Shown here: positions 9,501 through 19,828 of the stretch, in pieces
Numbering within the stretch: position 1 is the first letter of the stretch
How the letters are laid out: every line of letters begins with the position of its first letter
Virus record (IMG/VR): IMGVR_UViG_3300046710_000151
Span: 1 to 64,000 of that record
DNA length: 64,000 nt
Direction: 5' to 3' (one strand)
DNA from: a virus
Taxonomy: Duplodnaviria; Caudoviricetes
Made by a program: the position numbers and the translations under genes
Notes under the pieces: model-generated
Databases searched by the model: none
What the model was told of the DNA's origin: nothing
What the model saw: the letters and a program-made list of their open reading frames with translations, nothing else

Positions 9501-10381
9501 AGATCCTCCTACCCGTCATGTCGTTCCAGTATTTGACCGGCTCGGAGATGTACGTCTACGAACTGGGCAGGGAACTGGTGCGCCGGGGTCATGAGGTGAC
9601 GGTGGCGGCGCATCGCGTCGAGGGTGCCATGGCTGAACCCGCACTGGCCGCGGGTCTCCAGAAATATCGATTCCAGGACTTCCCGGACGGCCAATCCTTC
9701 GATGTTGTCCATGCCAGTCAGAGCGAGCCCACCCGGTGGGCCATGATGAAGTTTCCAAACACACCTGTTATCTGTTCGGTGCATTCTCAGTATCCCGTCG
9801 AGAGGCCGATGCCGTCCCCCCGCGTCCTGCATTACATCTGCGTGCGGCCGGAAGTGCAGGCGAAAATCACGAGTGCGGATCGGGTTCCACTCGCCAAAAC
9901 TAGCGTCATCTATAACCCGGTGGACTTTGCTCGGTTTCACAACGGGCTCGGACAAAGGGACGCGCGGCAGAAAAGGCGGGTGCTATTTTGTGGGACCATC
10001 GCCGCCCTGAGAAAACCGTCAATCTTGGACCTTATCGCCAGATCGCAAGCTGAGAATTTCGAGTTGCGGTTGGTTGGGTTGAAGGCAGACAACTACGACG
10101 GGTACATCGACAGGTTGCCAACCTCGGTTAATTGGTTCGACCAGATATGGAACGTGGAGCATCATATTCAGCGGTGCGATGAAACCGCCGGAATTCTCCT
10201 GGGTCGTACCACGATCGAGGGCTGGGCATGCGGTAAACCCGGATGGATCTATGATATTGACCTGAAGGGGAACATCCTGGGTAGTGCCTTGCACCAGCCG
10301 CCAGCCGATATGGAGCGGTTTGACAGTAACAAGGTGACCGATCAGATCGAAGCTCTCTATGTACGATATTGTCGTAGCTAA
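9497..10381 (+). CDS. Glycosyltransferase, GT-B/GT4-like
   Basis: MKILL...GSEMYVYELGRELVRRGHEVTV, FDVVHA, VIYNPVDFARF. Confidence 0.85.
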   Translation: MKILLPVMSFQYLTGSEMYVYELGRELVRRGHEVTVAAHRVEGAMAEPALAAGLQKYRFQDFPDGQSFDVVHASQSEPTRWAMMKFPNTPVICSVHSQYPVERPMPSPRVLHYICVRPEVQAKITSADRVPLAKTSVIYNPVDFARFHNGLGQRDARQKRRVLFCGTIAALRKPSILDLIARSQAENFELRLVGLKADNYDGYIDRLPTSVNWFDQIWNVEHHIQRCDETAGILLGRTTIEGWACGKPGWIYDIDLKGNILGSALHQPPADMERFDSNKVTDQIEALYVRYCRS

Positions 10382-11039
10382 TTACGTGACAGGTGACTCT
10401 CTGCCGATCGTTTTGGACTGTCTGGCGTCCGTGCGGAAGTACTCGCACGATTACCGGCTGATCCTGGTAGATAACGGGTCACCGGCCTTCGAAGGTATCA
10501 CCCTGGAACTGTCCCGGCATCGACACGTCATCTGCGTCAGAAACCAGACGAATCTCGGATTTATCAAGGCTACGAACCAGGGACTCCGGCTGTCCACTGC
10601 GCAGCGGGTTGTGCTGTTGAACAATGATACGCTGGTGGCCCCGCAATGGCTGGAAACGATGGATGCGGAGTTGAAAGGTTCGGTGGGGATCGTTGGACCG
10701 CGCAGTAACCGGAACGGCACCGTGTCAGGGGAACTCCCCTACCGCGCCGCGATGATCCTCCTGAAAGGGTCCATGCTCGTTTTCTTCTGTGTCATGATGA
10801 CGCGTGAAGTCATCGACCGGCTGGGATTTCTCGACGAAGGCTTCGGCGTCGGGCTGGGAGATGACAACGACTACTGCCGCCGAGCGCAGGCCGCCGGATT
10901 CGATCTCTGCTACCTAGGAAGTCTGACTATTCAGCATTGGCACAAAACCACGTTTCGGCAACTGTTCAGCCAATCTGAGATTGCCGAAATGGGAGTTCGG
11001 GCGGAGCGGATGCTGGTAGATAAGGCGGCCATCGCATGA
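10359..11039 (+). CDS. Glycosyltransferase family 2
   Basis: LILVDNGS, NLGFIKATNQGL, VVLLNNDT, GFLDEGFGVGLGDDNDYC. Confidence 0.92.
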   Translation: MYDIVVANYVTGDSLPIVLDCLASVRKYSHDYRLILVDNGSPAFEGITLELSRHRHVICVRNQTNLGFIKATNQGLRLSTAQRVVLLNNDTLVAPQWLETMDAELKGSVGIVGPRSNRNGTVSGELPYRAAMILLKGSMLVFFCVMMTREVIDRLGFLDEGFGVGLGDDNDYCRRAQAAGFDLCYLGSLTIQHWHKTTFRQLFSQSEIAEMGVRAERMLVDKAAIA

Positions 11040-12448
11040 CGGCGCGAGCCCAATTACTGAACGAACTGGCGGGTTGCGTCCGTCATGGCGTGTCTGTCTC
11101 GTTTGTTAAGCGCGGCGACGGGGAAGAGAACTGCATGCGCGGCGATGTGGGCGAAAACTGCGACGGCCATCCCTACTCACTCGAACTGGGTTGCCGACTG
11201 AGGGAAGCCTTTGCTTTCCTTGAGACCCTGCCAAGTGTAAGGATCGTTTATTTCAACGACCAGGACCGGTACCAGGCGTTGATTCACAACGGCGATAACC
11301 AGGACGTGCTCGAAACTAAGAGATTTTGGGAGGCCGTGCGCGATTCGGAACGTCCGAAGATCTTCGTGGGTCCGGATCGCCTGTTCCGCGCGGCGCGGAT
11401 GTTAGGCGCCAGCCACGTCAGGCTGCCGTTGGTCAACGCGTTCAGCGCCTATGAGGCGACGCGCGACTGCTTGGCTCAATTGGCGGCGAGAGCGTCGTCC
11501 AGCATCTTCATCTTTTGCGCCGGGATGCCGGCGAAGGTCTGGATCGCTGATTTGTTAAAGGAACGCCCTTCGCTTACCTGTCTCGATGCCGGCTCGGCCT
11601 TCGACCCGCTCTTCGTGGGAAATACGCGCACCGGGCAAATGCCAATGAATGAGGCGCGAGCGCTGTACAGCGATTGGACCGGTGTCCTGAGTGGAAATTC
11701 ATTGGTTCACTCCGTGGTCTTTTCGAAGGATCGGGCGATGCAACTCGACGCGTTTCTGAGAAGCATGAAGAAGTTTGCGCCAGAGTTCTACCCGCCGACC
11801 GTGTTCTGGATGGCATCTTCACCGCGCGATGCGGAGTCCTACCGCCAGTTGATCGCGCAGAACCGGGACTGTCAATGGGTTCCGCAAGTGCGAGCGTCGT
11901 TTACGCGCGATCTTTTGGGGTGCCTGGAGACGGGTAGCCTACTCTCTGCCCTGTTCTGCGATGACGACGTATTCTTCCGGGATGTTCCGGCTTTTGAGGT
12001 TGCTCCTGAGACTTGTTTTTCCCTCCGGTTCGGGGACGGCGTAGGTGACGGATGCTCCGAAGGATTTGAGAAATTCGCGCCGGTGGCTCCCGGTCCGGTT
12101 CAGGAGTCCAGAGGTTACTCGATTGACGGGAATGTCCACCGCACGGAGGAATTGCGTGCGGCGGTGAAGCGCTGTGCTACCTCAGAGCCGAACGGGCTTG
12201 AGGTAGAGATGAATCACTTATGTGCGCCCGTCGTGGAGCGCCATGCGAGACAGAACTGCCTCGTTGGCATCCCACACAATCTGGTCCAGAACGTCTTTCC
12301 GGGCAACCCGAACATGGGAGGGAGCGCAGCCGAACTGACCGAACGATATCTGTCGGGCGAACGGATCGATCTTGACGCTATGGACTTCTCGCACGTGGTT
12401 GACGCCCACCAATTTATCCCGTACGTCTTCAGGAAGCGATGCCAGTAA
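11036..12448 (+). CDS. Two-domain glycosyltransferase-like protein (GT-D/DUF1792-like N-terminus plus GT-A-like C-terminus)
   Basis: SFVKRGDGE...CLDAGSAFD N-terminal half; VVFSKDRAMQLDAFLRS...FCDDDVFF C-terminal half. Confidence 0.65.
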   Translation: MTARAQLLNELAGCVRHGVSVSFVKRGDGEENCMRGDVGENCDGHPYSLELGCRLREAFAFLETLPSVRIVYFNDQDRYQALIHNGDNQDVLETKRFWEAVRDSERPKIFVGPDRLFRAARMLGASHVRLPLVNAFSAYEATRDCLAQLAARASSSIFIFCAGMPAKVWIADLLKERPSLTCLDAGSAFDPLFVGNTRTGQMPMNEARALYSDWTGVLSGNSLVHSVVFSKDRAMQLDAFLRSMKKFAPEFYPPTVFWMASSPRDAESYRQLIAQNRDCQWVPQVRASFTRDLLGCLETGSLLSALFCDDDVFFRDVPAFEVAPETCFSLRFGDGVGDGCSEGFEKFAPVAPGPVQESRGYSIDGNVHRTEELRAAVKRCATSEPNGLEVEMNHLCAPVVERHARQNCLVGIPHNLVQNVFPGNPNMGGSAAELTERYLSGERIDLDAMDFSHVVDAHQFIPYVFRKRCQ

Positions 12449-12918
12449 CCGCGGACGTTCTGAGGAAGTATCCGAATCCTGCATTCATTGAGACTGGGGC
12501 TTATGAAGGCGACGGAGTTCAGGCCGCTCTTTCGGCTGGGTTCGAGATAGTCTGCACGATTGAATTGCTCACAGAGCGCGCCCGAAATGTTCTTAGAAGG
12601 TTCCATGGGTGTCCAGTCAGGGTACTTTTGGGAGATTCTGCCGAGATACTTCCATGGGTGTTACGGGATGTTCCGCGAGCGACTGTTTGGCTCGATGCCC
12701 ACGACAGCACCGGAGAGATCCTGACAGGGGACAAATACCCGCTCAAAAGGGAACTTGAGTGCCTGGTGGGAACGCGCCACACCATTTTGATCGACGATGT
12801 GCGGTTGTTTCCACTGTACGGACTCAGCATTGAAGGTATCCGCGCCATGTTCCCCGAAAGGCACATACATTTTGAGAATGGTTGCCAGCCTGACGACATT
12901 ATGGTGCTGGAGCCATGA
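12439..12918 (+). CDS. SAM-dependent methyltransferase-like protein
   Basis: FIETGAYEGDG, TIEL, LGDSAEIL, VWLDAH, ILIDDVRLF. Confidence 0.75.
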   Translation: MPVTADVLRKYPNPAFIETGAYEGDGVQAALSAGFEIVCTIELLTERARNVLRRFHGCPVRVLLGDSAEILPWVLRDVPRATVWLDAHDSTGEILTGDKYPLKRELECLVGTRHTILIDDVRLFPLYGLSIEGIRAMFPERHIHFENGCQPDDIMVLEP

Positions 12919-13643
12919 ACTTCGTTATCTGGGCTCCGCCGTTCGATCTGGCATTCGGCGGGTCGATAGCTCTTCACCGCCTCGGCCACAACCTGGCGAC
13001 CTTGGGCCATCGGGTTTGGCTGTGGGCATCGAGCAAAAACCCAGAATGGTTGGGCCAACTCACCGAGGACTTCAGTGACGTGCCAGACGCAATCGTGGTG
13101 TACCCCGAGGTGGTCTGCGGAAATCCGCTCCTCTCATTCGACCGCGTGGTGCGATGGATTCTCAACACGCCGGGCGTCATTGGTGGTGATGGGGTCTTCG
13201 GCGACCGGGATCTGATCCTGCTTTGGTCTCGGGAATACCGGGTCGATCCAAAGTACAAGGTCTCAGGCGAACTGACCGCATGGCGCGACTGGTCGCACTT
13301 TCGGGACCTCGGGCTGCCGCGGCGGGGAGCCTGCTACGCGGTGCGCAAGGGCACTGACCGGCACGCGCACCCGGCAGACGCCCTCTGTATCGACGACTAC
13401 GGTCTGCGCGGCGGTGACGATTATCTGATTGAAGTCTTCAACTCCCGCGAAGCGTTTTACTGCTACGACGATCACACGGCCTTGGTGGAGTTGGCCCGGC
13501 TGTGCGGCTGCCGGGTCGTCCCGGCCTTTCCTTCCGCTCCATCGGACGCTGAACGCATGGCACTGGCCGATCAACAGACGCGGGAGTTCGTGGATCTCTG
13601 CTACCAACAGTGGCCGGATCTGAGGCTATCGTGCCCGGCCTGA
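12915..13643 (+). CDS. Glycosyltransferase-related (WavQ-like) protein
   Basis: GGSIALHRLGHNL, IVVYPEVVCGNPL, VVRWILNTPG, FYCYDDHT. Confidence 0.6.
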   Translation: MNFVIWAPPFDLAFGGSIALHRLGHNLATLGHRVWLWASSKNPEWLGQLTEDFSDVPDAIVVYPEVVCGNPLLSFDRVVRWILNTPGVIGGDGVFGDRDLILLWSREYRVDPKYKVSGELTAWRDWSHFRDLGLPRRGACYAVRKGTDRHAHPADALCIDDYGLRGGDDYLIEVFNSREAFYCYDDHTALVELARLCGCRVVPAFPSAPSDAERMALADQQTREFVDLCYQQWPDLRLSCPA

Positions 13644-14320
13644 CGCTCCTGACGCCAACCGGCGCGCGGCCAGAAGCTTTCGCCTTGTGTGAGAAGTGGC
13701 TGGAGCGGCAGACCTACCAGGGCGAGATCCAGTGGCTGGTGGCCGATGACGGCCCGGTGCCCACGCCCTGCACGATGGGGCAAACAGTGATCCGTCCGGA
13801 GCCCTTCTGGCAACCGGGGGAGAATACGCAGTTCAGAAACCTCCTGGCGCTGTTTCCGCTCATCAAGTACGACAAGATCGTCCATTGGGAAGATGACGAC
13901 TGGTATGGGCCCGGGTATCTGGAAACCGTATCGAAGTGGCTTGACGAAGCGCCGTTGGTGGGCGAGATTCCAACCCGCTACTACAACGTGCGCGCCCGGT
14001 CATGGAATCCATTCGGGAACGACAAGCACGCTTCGCTTTGCCAGACGGGGATGCGGCCGGAAGTGCTGCCCGTGCTGAAGCGCATCTGCGAAGCCCGGCG
14101 CTGGGTGGATATGGCGCTATGGAAGGATTTTCCCGGAAAGATGTTTGCCGGGGAGCAGAATGTGGGGATCAAGGGCCTGCCTGGCAGGCCGGGTCAGGTG
14201 GGCGCGCATCAGAACCCGCGCACCTTGCGGCGCATGGTGGCCGACCCGAACCTGGAAACCTTGCGTAGTTGGATCGGGGAAGACGCGGAAGCGTATCGGA
14301 AGTTTGGAGAACCCTCATGA
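13631..14320 (+). CDS. Glycosyltransferase family 2-like
   Basis: LLTPTGARPE, WLVADDG, HWEDDDWYGPGYL (DxD-type). Confidence 0.85.
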   Translation: MPGLTLLTPTGARPEAFALCEKWLERQTYQGEIQWLVADDGPVPTPCTMGQTVIRPEPFWQPGENTQFRNLLALFPLIKYDKIVHWEDDDWYGPGYLETVSKWLDEAPLVGEIPTRYYNVRARSWNPFGNDKHASLCQTGMRPEVLPVLKRICEARRWVDMALWKDFPGKMFAGEQNVGIKGLPGRPGQVGAHQNPRTLRRMVADPNLETLRSWIGEDAEAYRKFGEPS

Positions 14321-15573
14321 AACTCAGCCGGCTTGCTTTCCTCGCTCTCGCTTCATGCCTGTCAGTGCAGGCCGCGGATTACTACGCCGCGCCAACCGGC
14401 TCCCCGTCCTGCGATGGAACGCCCACCTGCGCGTGGGATCTCCAGACGGCCCTGACCAAGCCCCTCATCGGCGGCGACCGTCTGCTGTTGACAGAAGGCA
14501 CCTACAAGGGAGCCTTCTCATCCTCGTTGAATGGCGCTGGCGTCCAGATCCAGGTGCTTCCCTATTCTGGGGCACACCCGAGAATTGACGGATCGTTGTC
14601 TCTTGGCGGCGGATACGTCACCGTCCAGGGTCTTGAGTTCTTTTCGTCAAACACGAATAGGACCGGAGCAATTGGGACGGACTGCCTTTACACCGGAGGG
14701 CCGTTCATCAACCTGGTCCACAACGTCATCCACGACTGCGGCGGAGATGGAGTAGGCTTCTGGTCTGCTGATCCGAACGGGGTCGCCTATGGGAATCTGG
14801 TTTACTACAACGGGTACAACGACGTTGACCGAGGCCACGGGCACGGGTTCTACACGCAGTCGAATCCCGGCGACACGAAGCTGTTGCAAGACAACGTGGT
14901 GCTCAATCAGTTCGGCTGGGGGCTGCACGGGTATACCGAAGGCGGGTTTATTGACGGCATCACGTACCGTGGGAACGTTGCGGCGAACAATGGCAGTTTG
15001 GCGACGGTATCGTGCGCCAAGGGCGGGAACAACAATATCCTTCTCGGTGGCGCTCCTGTAGCTTTCGGTGCGGCGTGGGACAGCAATTATTCGTACTACC
15101 CGTCGAACGGTTGCGTGAATGCGAACCTGGGGTACATCGGCGGGACGAGCGGAGCCCGCTTGACGAACAATTGGCTCATCGGTTCGACGCCTTTGCAGGT
15201 TGTCGCTGCTACTGGGCTGGTGCAAACCGGAACCGTCTCGTATAACTGGAAGGGCAAGAAGTATCCGGTTTCCACTTGCATCGTGCGTCCTGATCTCTAT
15301 GAAGCTGGCCGCGCACTCCTGGTGGTAATCAATCTGAGCGGGTCAACCGCTGCGCTGTCTTGCGACGTATCGGCGATCGGCTATGCGAGCGGGGCGCAAG
15401 TGCAAGTGGCATCGGCTGAAGATTACTTCGGTGCGCGTCGCACCTTTACCGTGAGCGCGGGCAAGATCAGTCTGTCTGTGACTGGCTGGACCGTGGCCGC
15501 TCCTATTGGATGGGCTAAGCCCGCGAGCATGCTGCCCAAGTTTGGGGTCTTTATTTCGAGAGCGAGTTTCTAA
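14317..15573 (+). CDS. Signal-peptide-bearing right-handed beta-helix (pectate-lyase-like) protein
   Basis: MKLSRLAFLALASCLSVQA signal; YYAAPTGS; repeated N-x-I/V-x-N turns; GHGHGFYTQ. Confidence 0.8.
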   Translation: MKLSRLAFLALASCLSVQAADYYAAPTGSPSCDGTPTCAWDLQTALTKPLIGGDRLLLTEGTYKGAFSSSLNGAGVQIQVLPYSGAHPRIDGSLSLGGGYVTVQGLEFFSSNTNRTGAIGTDCLYTGGPFINLVHNVIHDCGGDGVGFWSADPNGVAYGNLVYYNGYNDVDRGHGHGFYTQSNPGDTKLLQDNVVLNQFGWGLHGYTEGGFIDGITYRGNVAANNGSLATVSCAKGGNNNILLGGAPVAFGAAWDSNYSYYPSNGCVNANLGYIGGTSGARLTNNWLIGSTPLQVVAATGLVQTGTVSYNWKGKKYPVSTCIVRPDLYEAGRALLVVINLSGSTAALSCDVSAIGYASGAQVQVASAEDYFGARRTFTVSAGKISLSVTGWTVAAPIGWAKPASMLPKFGVFISRASF

Positions 15574-15574
15574 C

Positions 15575-17611
15575 ATGGCCTTCACTGCATCTACAGTTTG
15601 GGAAGTGCAGACCGGCGGCCTGGATGATTTCCAGACCGTATCCTCTGTAGTTGCGGGCGCTGGGTCCGGCTACACGAATGGTGACATCCTGACGCTCTCT
15701 GGCGGCACTTCCACCACGGCGGCTACCTTCACGGCTATAGTAGCGGGTGGAGTGCTCACGGGTGTTACGCCGCTGAACACCGGCCACTATACCGTGCTCC
15801 CCGCAAATCCGGTGAGCGTGACGGGCGGTACCGGAACGACGGCGACTCTCACCGTGACCTGGAACGCAGGCGGCAACGGCGGTGGCTTTGATGCGGGTGT
15901 GGCGGGGTTCCCCACGGATGGTGCGATCAGTTCTGCCAACACGGCCTCGCCGGTGCTTTCCAGCGCCAGCTACAACTTCGTGACCGGCGACGCGACCGCT
16001 GGCGCGTGGGCATATTTGAAGGCGGGCACGGGTGTGATCGCGGGTTGGTACAAGATCGTGTCTTGCGCTGGGAACGCTGCCACGCTTGACGCCGCGATAG
16101 GTCACGTGGTGCTTGCCACTGGTGCCCTGAATACGGTAGCTGGGTGTTCCGCTTCGGCCTCGCTTACCAGCATCACCTGGGGCTGCGACTACTCGCAATC
16201 CGCCACCCCGATTCTGTCTTTCACTGATTTAGTGATTGACGGGACGACTGACACCAAGTTCACCAGCGCGGCGCATCCGGTCGGAAAGAACTTCATTGGC
16301 AATATCATTAACGTAACTGGTGGCACGAACGTTACCGTTCAGCGGGTCGCGGTGGTTTCTACGGTTACAACGACGGCGACGTGCGATAAGTCCCTGGGCA
16401 CGTTGAGCAGCACGGGCGGAATTGCGAGTATGGCCGGGTGCTTGAAAAGCGTCGGCGCGGCAGGCGCTTTGACAACGTCTAACGGTCAATCGGTGTGGGT
16501 TAAATCGGGCTCTTACAGTATCACTTCGGCAACTGCAAATATTCCAGGCGGATGTTATGTGCCATCTTCAAACAGATATTTTATAGGTGGCTACCAGACA
16601 CTAAGATGGGACTTTGGAACGGCCCCCGTGTTGACGGCCTCTGGGATCAGTACGGCGACTTTAGTAAACAACAGCTCGTCATCCTCTTCGTTGACGGTAA
16701 ATCTGTCCGTAGATGGAGCCTCTCTGACAGCAATTAACGGAATAACCTCCGGGAATATCTACAGATGTAAAGCGTCGAATTGCTCAAATGTGGGAATCGA
16801 TGCTGTCGGTTTTTCGATACTATGTTCCGCCACTGGATGTTCGGGGACTGCTCCAGCGCTCCGTCTTAGGGGCGGCTCTATTGCTTGTGAGGCGTACTCA
16901 AATGCCACTACAGGGGCCGGCATTGATAGCTACGGTTCGACTGCGCTTTACTGTGTATCTTTCCTCAACTCCGGGCCTGGTTTCACTTCAGGGTCGAGTC
17001 CATCGCATCATGTTGGGTGTGTAGCTTACGGGAATGGGGGGAATGGTTTCATAAACCCAAATAATGCGAACGGCTCTTTTGTCAATTGTATAGCGGAATC
17101 AAACCTGGCAGCCGCGTTTAGCAATGGTCAATCCGGGACTCAAATCATTAACTGCGCAACTTTCAACAACACGTCAGGATCGGGACTCACACCAGGGTTT
17201 ACGTCTGGATCGCTTACAGCGGGTAATATCGCTTATCTCGCCACCGCCTTTGTCAACGCCGCCGCAGGCAACTTCGCCCTGAACAACAACAACCCCGGCG
17301 GGGCGCAACTGAGAGCAGCAGGCATCCCCAGAGTATTCCCCGATGGTCTGACCACCGGGTATCTGGACATCGGGGCGGCGCAGCACGCGGACCCGACCAT
17401 CTCATACCCCGCCGCGTCAAAGGTCTATGCCGGGACGGATCGTGGAGACGGAGTGACCGGCACGCTGCACGCGAGCAATATCTCCACGGCGGCTGGGTCG
17501 GGAAGCAACTTGAGCGCCGGGATACTGGCGACGGGAAACACGGTTGATGACGTAGTGGGATCGTTGGCGGGCGGTGGAGCGCAACTTATCGGCGGAGGGA
17601 AACTGTCATGA
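15575..17611 (+). CDS. Beta-helix/fibre-type virion appendage protein (tailspike-like)
   Basis: G/T/S-rich; repeated C-x-A-x-x-N-x-x-x-G-F units; GYLDIGAAQH. Confidence 0.65.
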   Translation: MAFTASTVWEVQTGGLDDFQTVSSVVAGAGSGYTNGDILTLSGGTSTTAATFTAIVAGGVLTGVTPLNTGHYTVLPANPVSVTGGTGTTATLTVTWNAGGNGGGFDAGVAGFPTDGAISSANTASPVLSSASYNFVTGDATAGAWAYLKAGTGVIAGWYKIVSCAGNAATLDAAIGHVVLATGALNTVAGCSASASLTSITWGCDYSQSATPILSFTDLVIDGTTDTKFTSAAHPVGKNFIGNIINVTGGTNVTVQRVAVVSTVTTTATCDKSLGTLSSTGGIASMAGCLKSVGAAGALTTSNGQSVWVKSGSYSITSATANIPGGCYVPSSNRYFIGGYQTLRWDFGTAPVLTASGISTATLVNNSSSSSSLTVNLSVDGASLTAINGITSGNIYRCKASNCSNVGIDAVGFSILCSATGCSGTAPALRLRGGSIACEAYSNATTGAGIDSYGSTALYCVSFLNSGPGFTSGSSPSHHVGCVAYGNGGNGFINPNNANGSFVNCIAESNLAAAFSNGQSGTQIINCATFNNTSGSGLTPGFTSGSLTAGNIAYLATAFVNAAAGNFALNNNNPGGAQLRAAGIPRVFPDGLTTGYLDIGAAQHADPTISYPAASKVYAGTDRGDGVTGTLHASNISTAAGSGSNLSAGILATGNTVDDVVGSLAGGGAQLIGGGKLS

Positions 17612-19341
17612 TTCATCTTGGCTACATGCCAGTCAACGGCGCGGCTTATCTGCCGTTCTCAACTAACGACGCCAACGGGGCAGCCATCACCTTCACCGGG
17701 ACGGTTTCGAATTTCAAGGTCTACAAGAATGGCAGCGTCACAGAGCGAACCTCCACGGCTGGTATCACGCTCTCCAAGGACTTCGACGGGGCGACCGGAT
17801 CCCACCTGATTACCTTGGATCTTACAGACAACACCGATGCCGGATTCTGGGCTGACGGGGCGGTCTACACCATTGCGGCCAACGGGATCACGGTGGACGC
17901 GAAGACGGTCACGGCCTGGGTAGGGGCTTTCAGGATTGGGACGGCAGCGGCGAACACAACGCAGGTAAATGGTACGGCACAGACGGCGCGGGACTTGGGC
18001 CTGAGCGTACTCCTCTCTTCTGGCACTGGCACCGGGCAACTGGACTTCACTGCGGGCGTGGTCAAGGCCAATTTGGCTCAGATTCTCGGCTCGGTTATCA
18101 CGGGTACGGCGGCGTTGCTCGTGGCCGCGTTCACGAAGTTCTTCAACGTTGCGGCCCCGACTGCTACCTGCCTTAGCCTGCCCGATGCGGTACCGGGTGC
18201 TAACGGTGGTCTGCCAACAACGAACGGGACGAAAAATAACCAAACGGTGGACCTGACAGCAGGTCAGAGCATCGCAGCTTCCAGCGTCCCCGCCGTCACG
18301 CTCGCTAACGGAGCGCATGGCGGGGCGGTGGCGACCATTACGTTGCAGGCCCCAATTGCAGCGACCGTACCGGACAGCCAAAAGGTGGATGTGCACACCA
18401 TTAAGACCGAGGCGGTCACGTGTGCTGCGCCCGTCACGGTGCTTGCGAGCGTGGGGACAGCGGCGGTCAGCACGGCGCAGACCGGAGACGTGGAGACGTT
18501 GATTACCACAGTAGGAGTGGCGGGCGCTGGCTTGACGGCACTCGGCGACACGCGGCTGGCCAACCTAGACGCTACGGTCGGCAGTCGCTCCACTTATGCA
18601 GGAGGGGCTGTGGCATCAGTCACGGGCTCCGTTGGGTCGGTGGCGTCCTTCGGAACCCTGGTCGCCGATATCGCTACAGCGATCTGGGCAGCGGGAGCCA
18701 GGACCTTGACGGCCTTCGGCTTCTCGGTTACGGCCAGTTCGGTTGCTGACAAGACAGGCTACTCGCTGACGACCGCACCTCCCACAGCTTCGGACGTAGC
18801 GACGGCGGTATGGGGTGCGGGCACGCGTACGCTCTCCAGCTTTGGGACGCTGGTAGCAGACGTGGCTACGGCGGTGTGGGGGGCTGGGACACGGGTCCTG
18901 ACAGCTTTTGAATTCACGGTGGCGGCGACTCCCGATGCCAACGTGGCGCTGATTAAGGCCAAGACCGATTTGATCCCAGCAGTTCCGGCAGCAGTGGGGT
19001 CTGCGATGACCTTGGATGCCGCCTACGACCCAGCCAAGAGCGCGGCTCCCACCGGCGCTGCCATGACGCTCACCGGTGCCTATGACGCGGCGAAGACGGC
19101 AGCGCCCACCGTGGCGCAGATTTTTGCGGCGCTGATGGGGGCAGACACCAGCGCGATCACTACTCTGGCGGATGAGAGCCTGTTGACGGCGCTGCGGTTG
19201 CTCGGCGGAATGAAAAACTGGTCGGTCAAGATGGAGGCCGGGCACGTCAACCTGTACGCACCCGGTAGCGGCACCCCGGCGGTATCTCGCGCGATAACGA
19301 CGGATGTTGGAGCGTTGCCGATTACGGAGGTTACCGCGTGA
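17608..19341 (+). CDS. Ala/Thr/Gly-rich fibre-like structural protein with internal repeats
   Basis: Three (V/I)ATA(V/I)W(G/A)AG(T/A)R-x-L repeats at about 18670-18910. Confidence 0.6.
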   Translation: MIHLGYMPVNGAAYLPFSTNDANGAAITFTGTVSNFKVYKNGSVTERTSTAGITLSKDFDGATGSHLITLDLTDNTDAGFWADGAVYTIAANGITVDAKTVTAWVGAFRIGTAAANTTQVNGTAQTARDLGLSVLLSSGTGTGQLDFTAGVVKANLAQILGSVITGTAALLVAAFTKFFNVAAPTATCLSLPDAVPGANGGLPTTNGTKNNQTVDLTAGQSIAASSVPAVTLANGAHGGAVATITLQAPIAATVPDSQKVDVHTIKTEAVTCAAPVTVLASVGTAAVSTAQTGDVETLITTVGVAGAGLTALGDTRLANLDATVGSRSTYAGGAVASVTGSVGSVASFGTLVADIATAIWAAGARTLTAFGFSVTASSVADKTGYSLTTAPPTASDVATAVWGAGTRTLSSFGTLVADVATAVWGAGTRVLTAFEFTVAATPDANVALIKAKTDLIPAVPAAVGSAMTLDAAYDPAKSAAPTGAAMTLTGAYDAAKTAAPTVAQIFAALMGADTSAITTLADESLLTALRLLGGMKNWSVKMEAGHVNLYAPGSGTPAVSRAITTDVGALPITEVTA

Positions 19342-19535
19342 GGTTTTTACGATTCCTGCTGGGATGGTGGGGAGCGCCCGAAGTCATCCCCAATGTTCCA
19401 GGCCGGGTATGCCTCTCCGACACGCGGGCCTTCCGCATCGTCACCGAGGATAAAGATTCTTCGATCACAGCTATTCGGGACCGTTCCGCCTGCGTTTGTG
19501 TCGTGACCGTTCGCCCCTTGAGGTGTTCCGCATGA
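19338..19535 (+). CDS. Small hypothetical protein
   Basis: Overlap-coupled to both neighbours. Confidence 0.45.
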   Translation: MRFLRFLLGWWGAPEVIPNVPGRVCLSDTRAFRIVTEDKDSSITAIRDRSACVCVVTVRPLRCSA

Positions 19536-19828
19536 GAAGCAACGAATACTATCCCGGTCAGGAAGTGCGCATCTCGGCGTCGTTCTCCAACTTGGCCAAC
19601 GTCGCGACGGACCCGAGCTCGGTGACGATCAAAGTGAAATCACCATCGGAATCCGTTGAGACTTTCGTTTACGGAACGGACAGCGAACTGGCGAAGGACG
19701 GAACTGGATTGTATCACCTCAATTACACGCCGGATATTCACGGAGTTTGGTTCTACCGGGTGGAATCGACCGGGCCGGCGACTGCGGCAAAAGAAGGCAC
19801 CTTCGTGGTCAAGGAGAGCGCCTTTTGA
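19532..19828 (+). CDS. Small Ig-like structural protein
   Basis: TDPSSVTIKVKSP...GTGLYHLNYTPDIHGVWFYR beta-sandwich pattern. Confidence 0.6.
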   Translation: MRSNEYYPGQEVRISASFSNLANVATDPSSVTIKVKSPSESVETFVYGTDSELAKDGTGLYHLNYTPDIHGVWFYRVESTGPATAAKEGTFVVKESAF

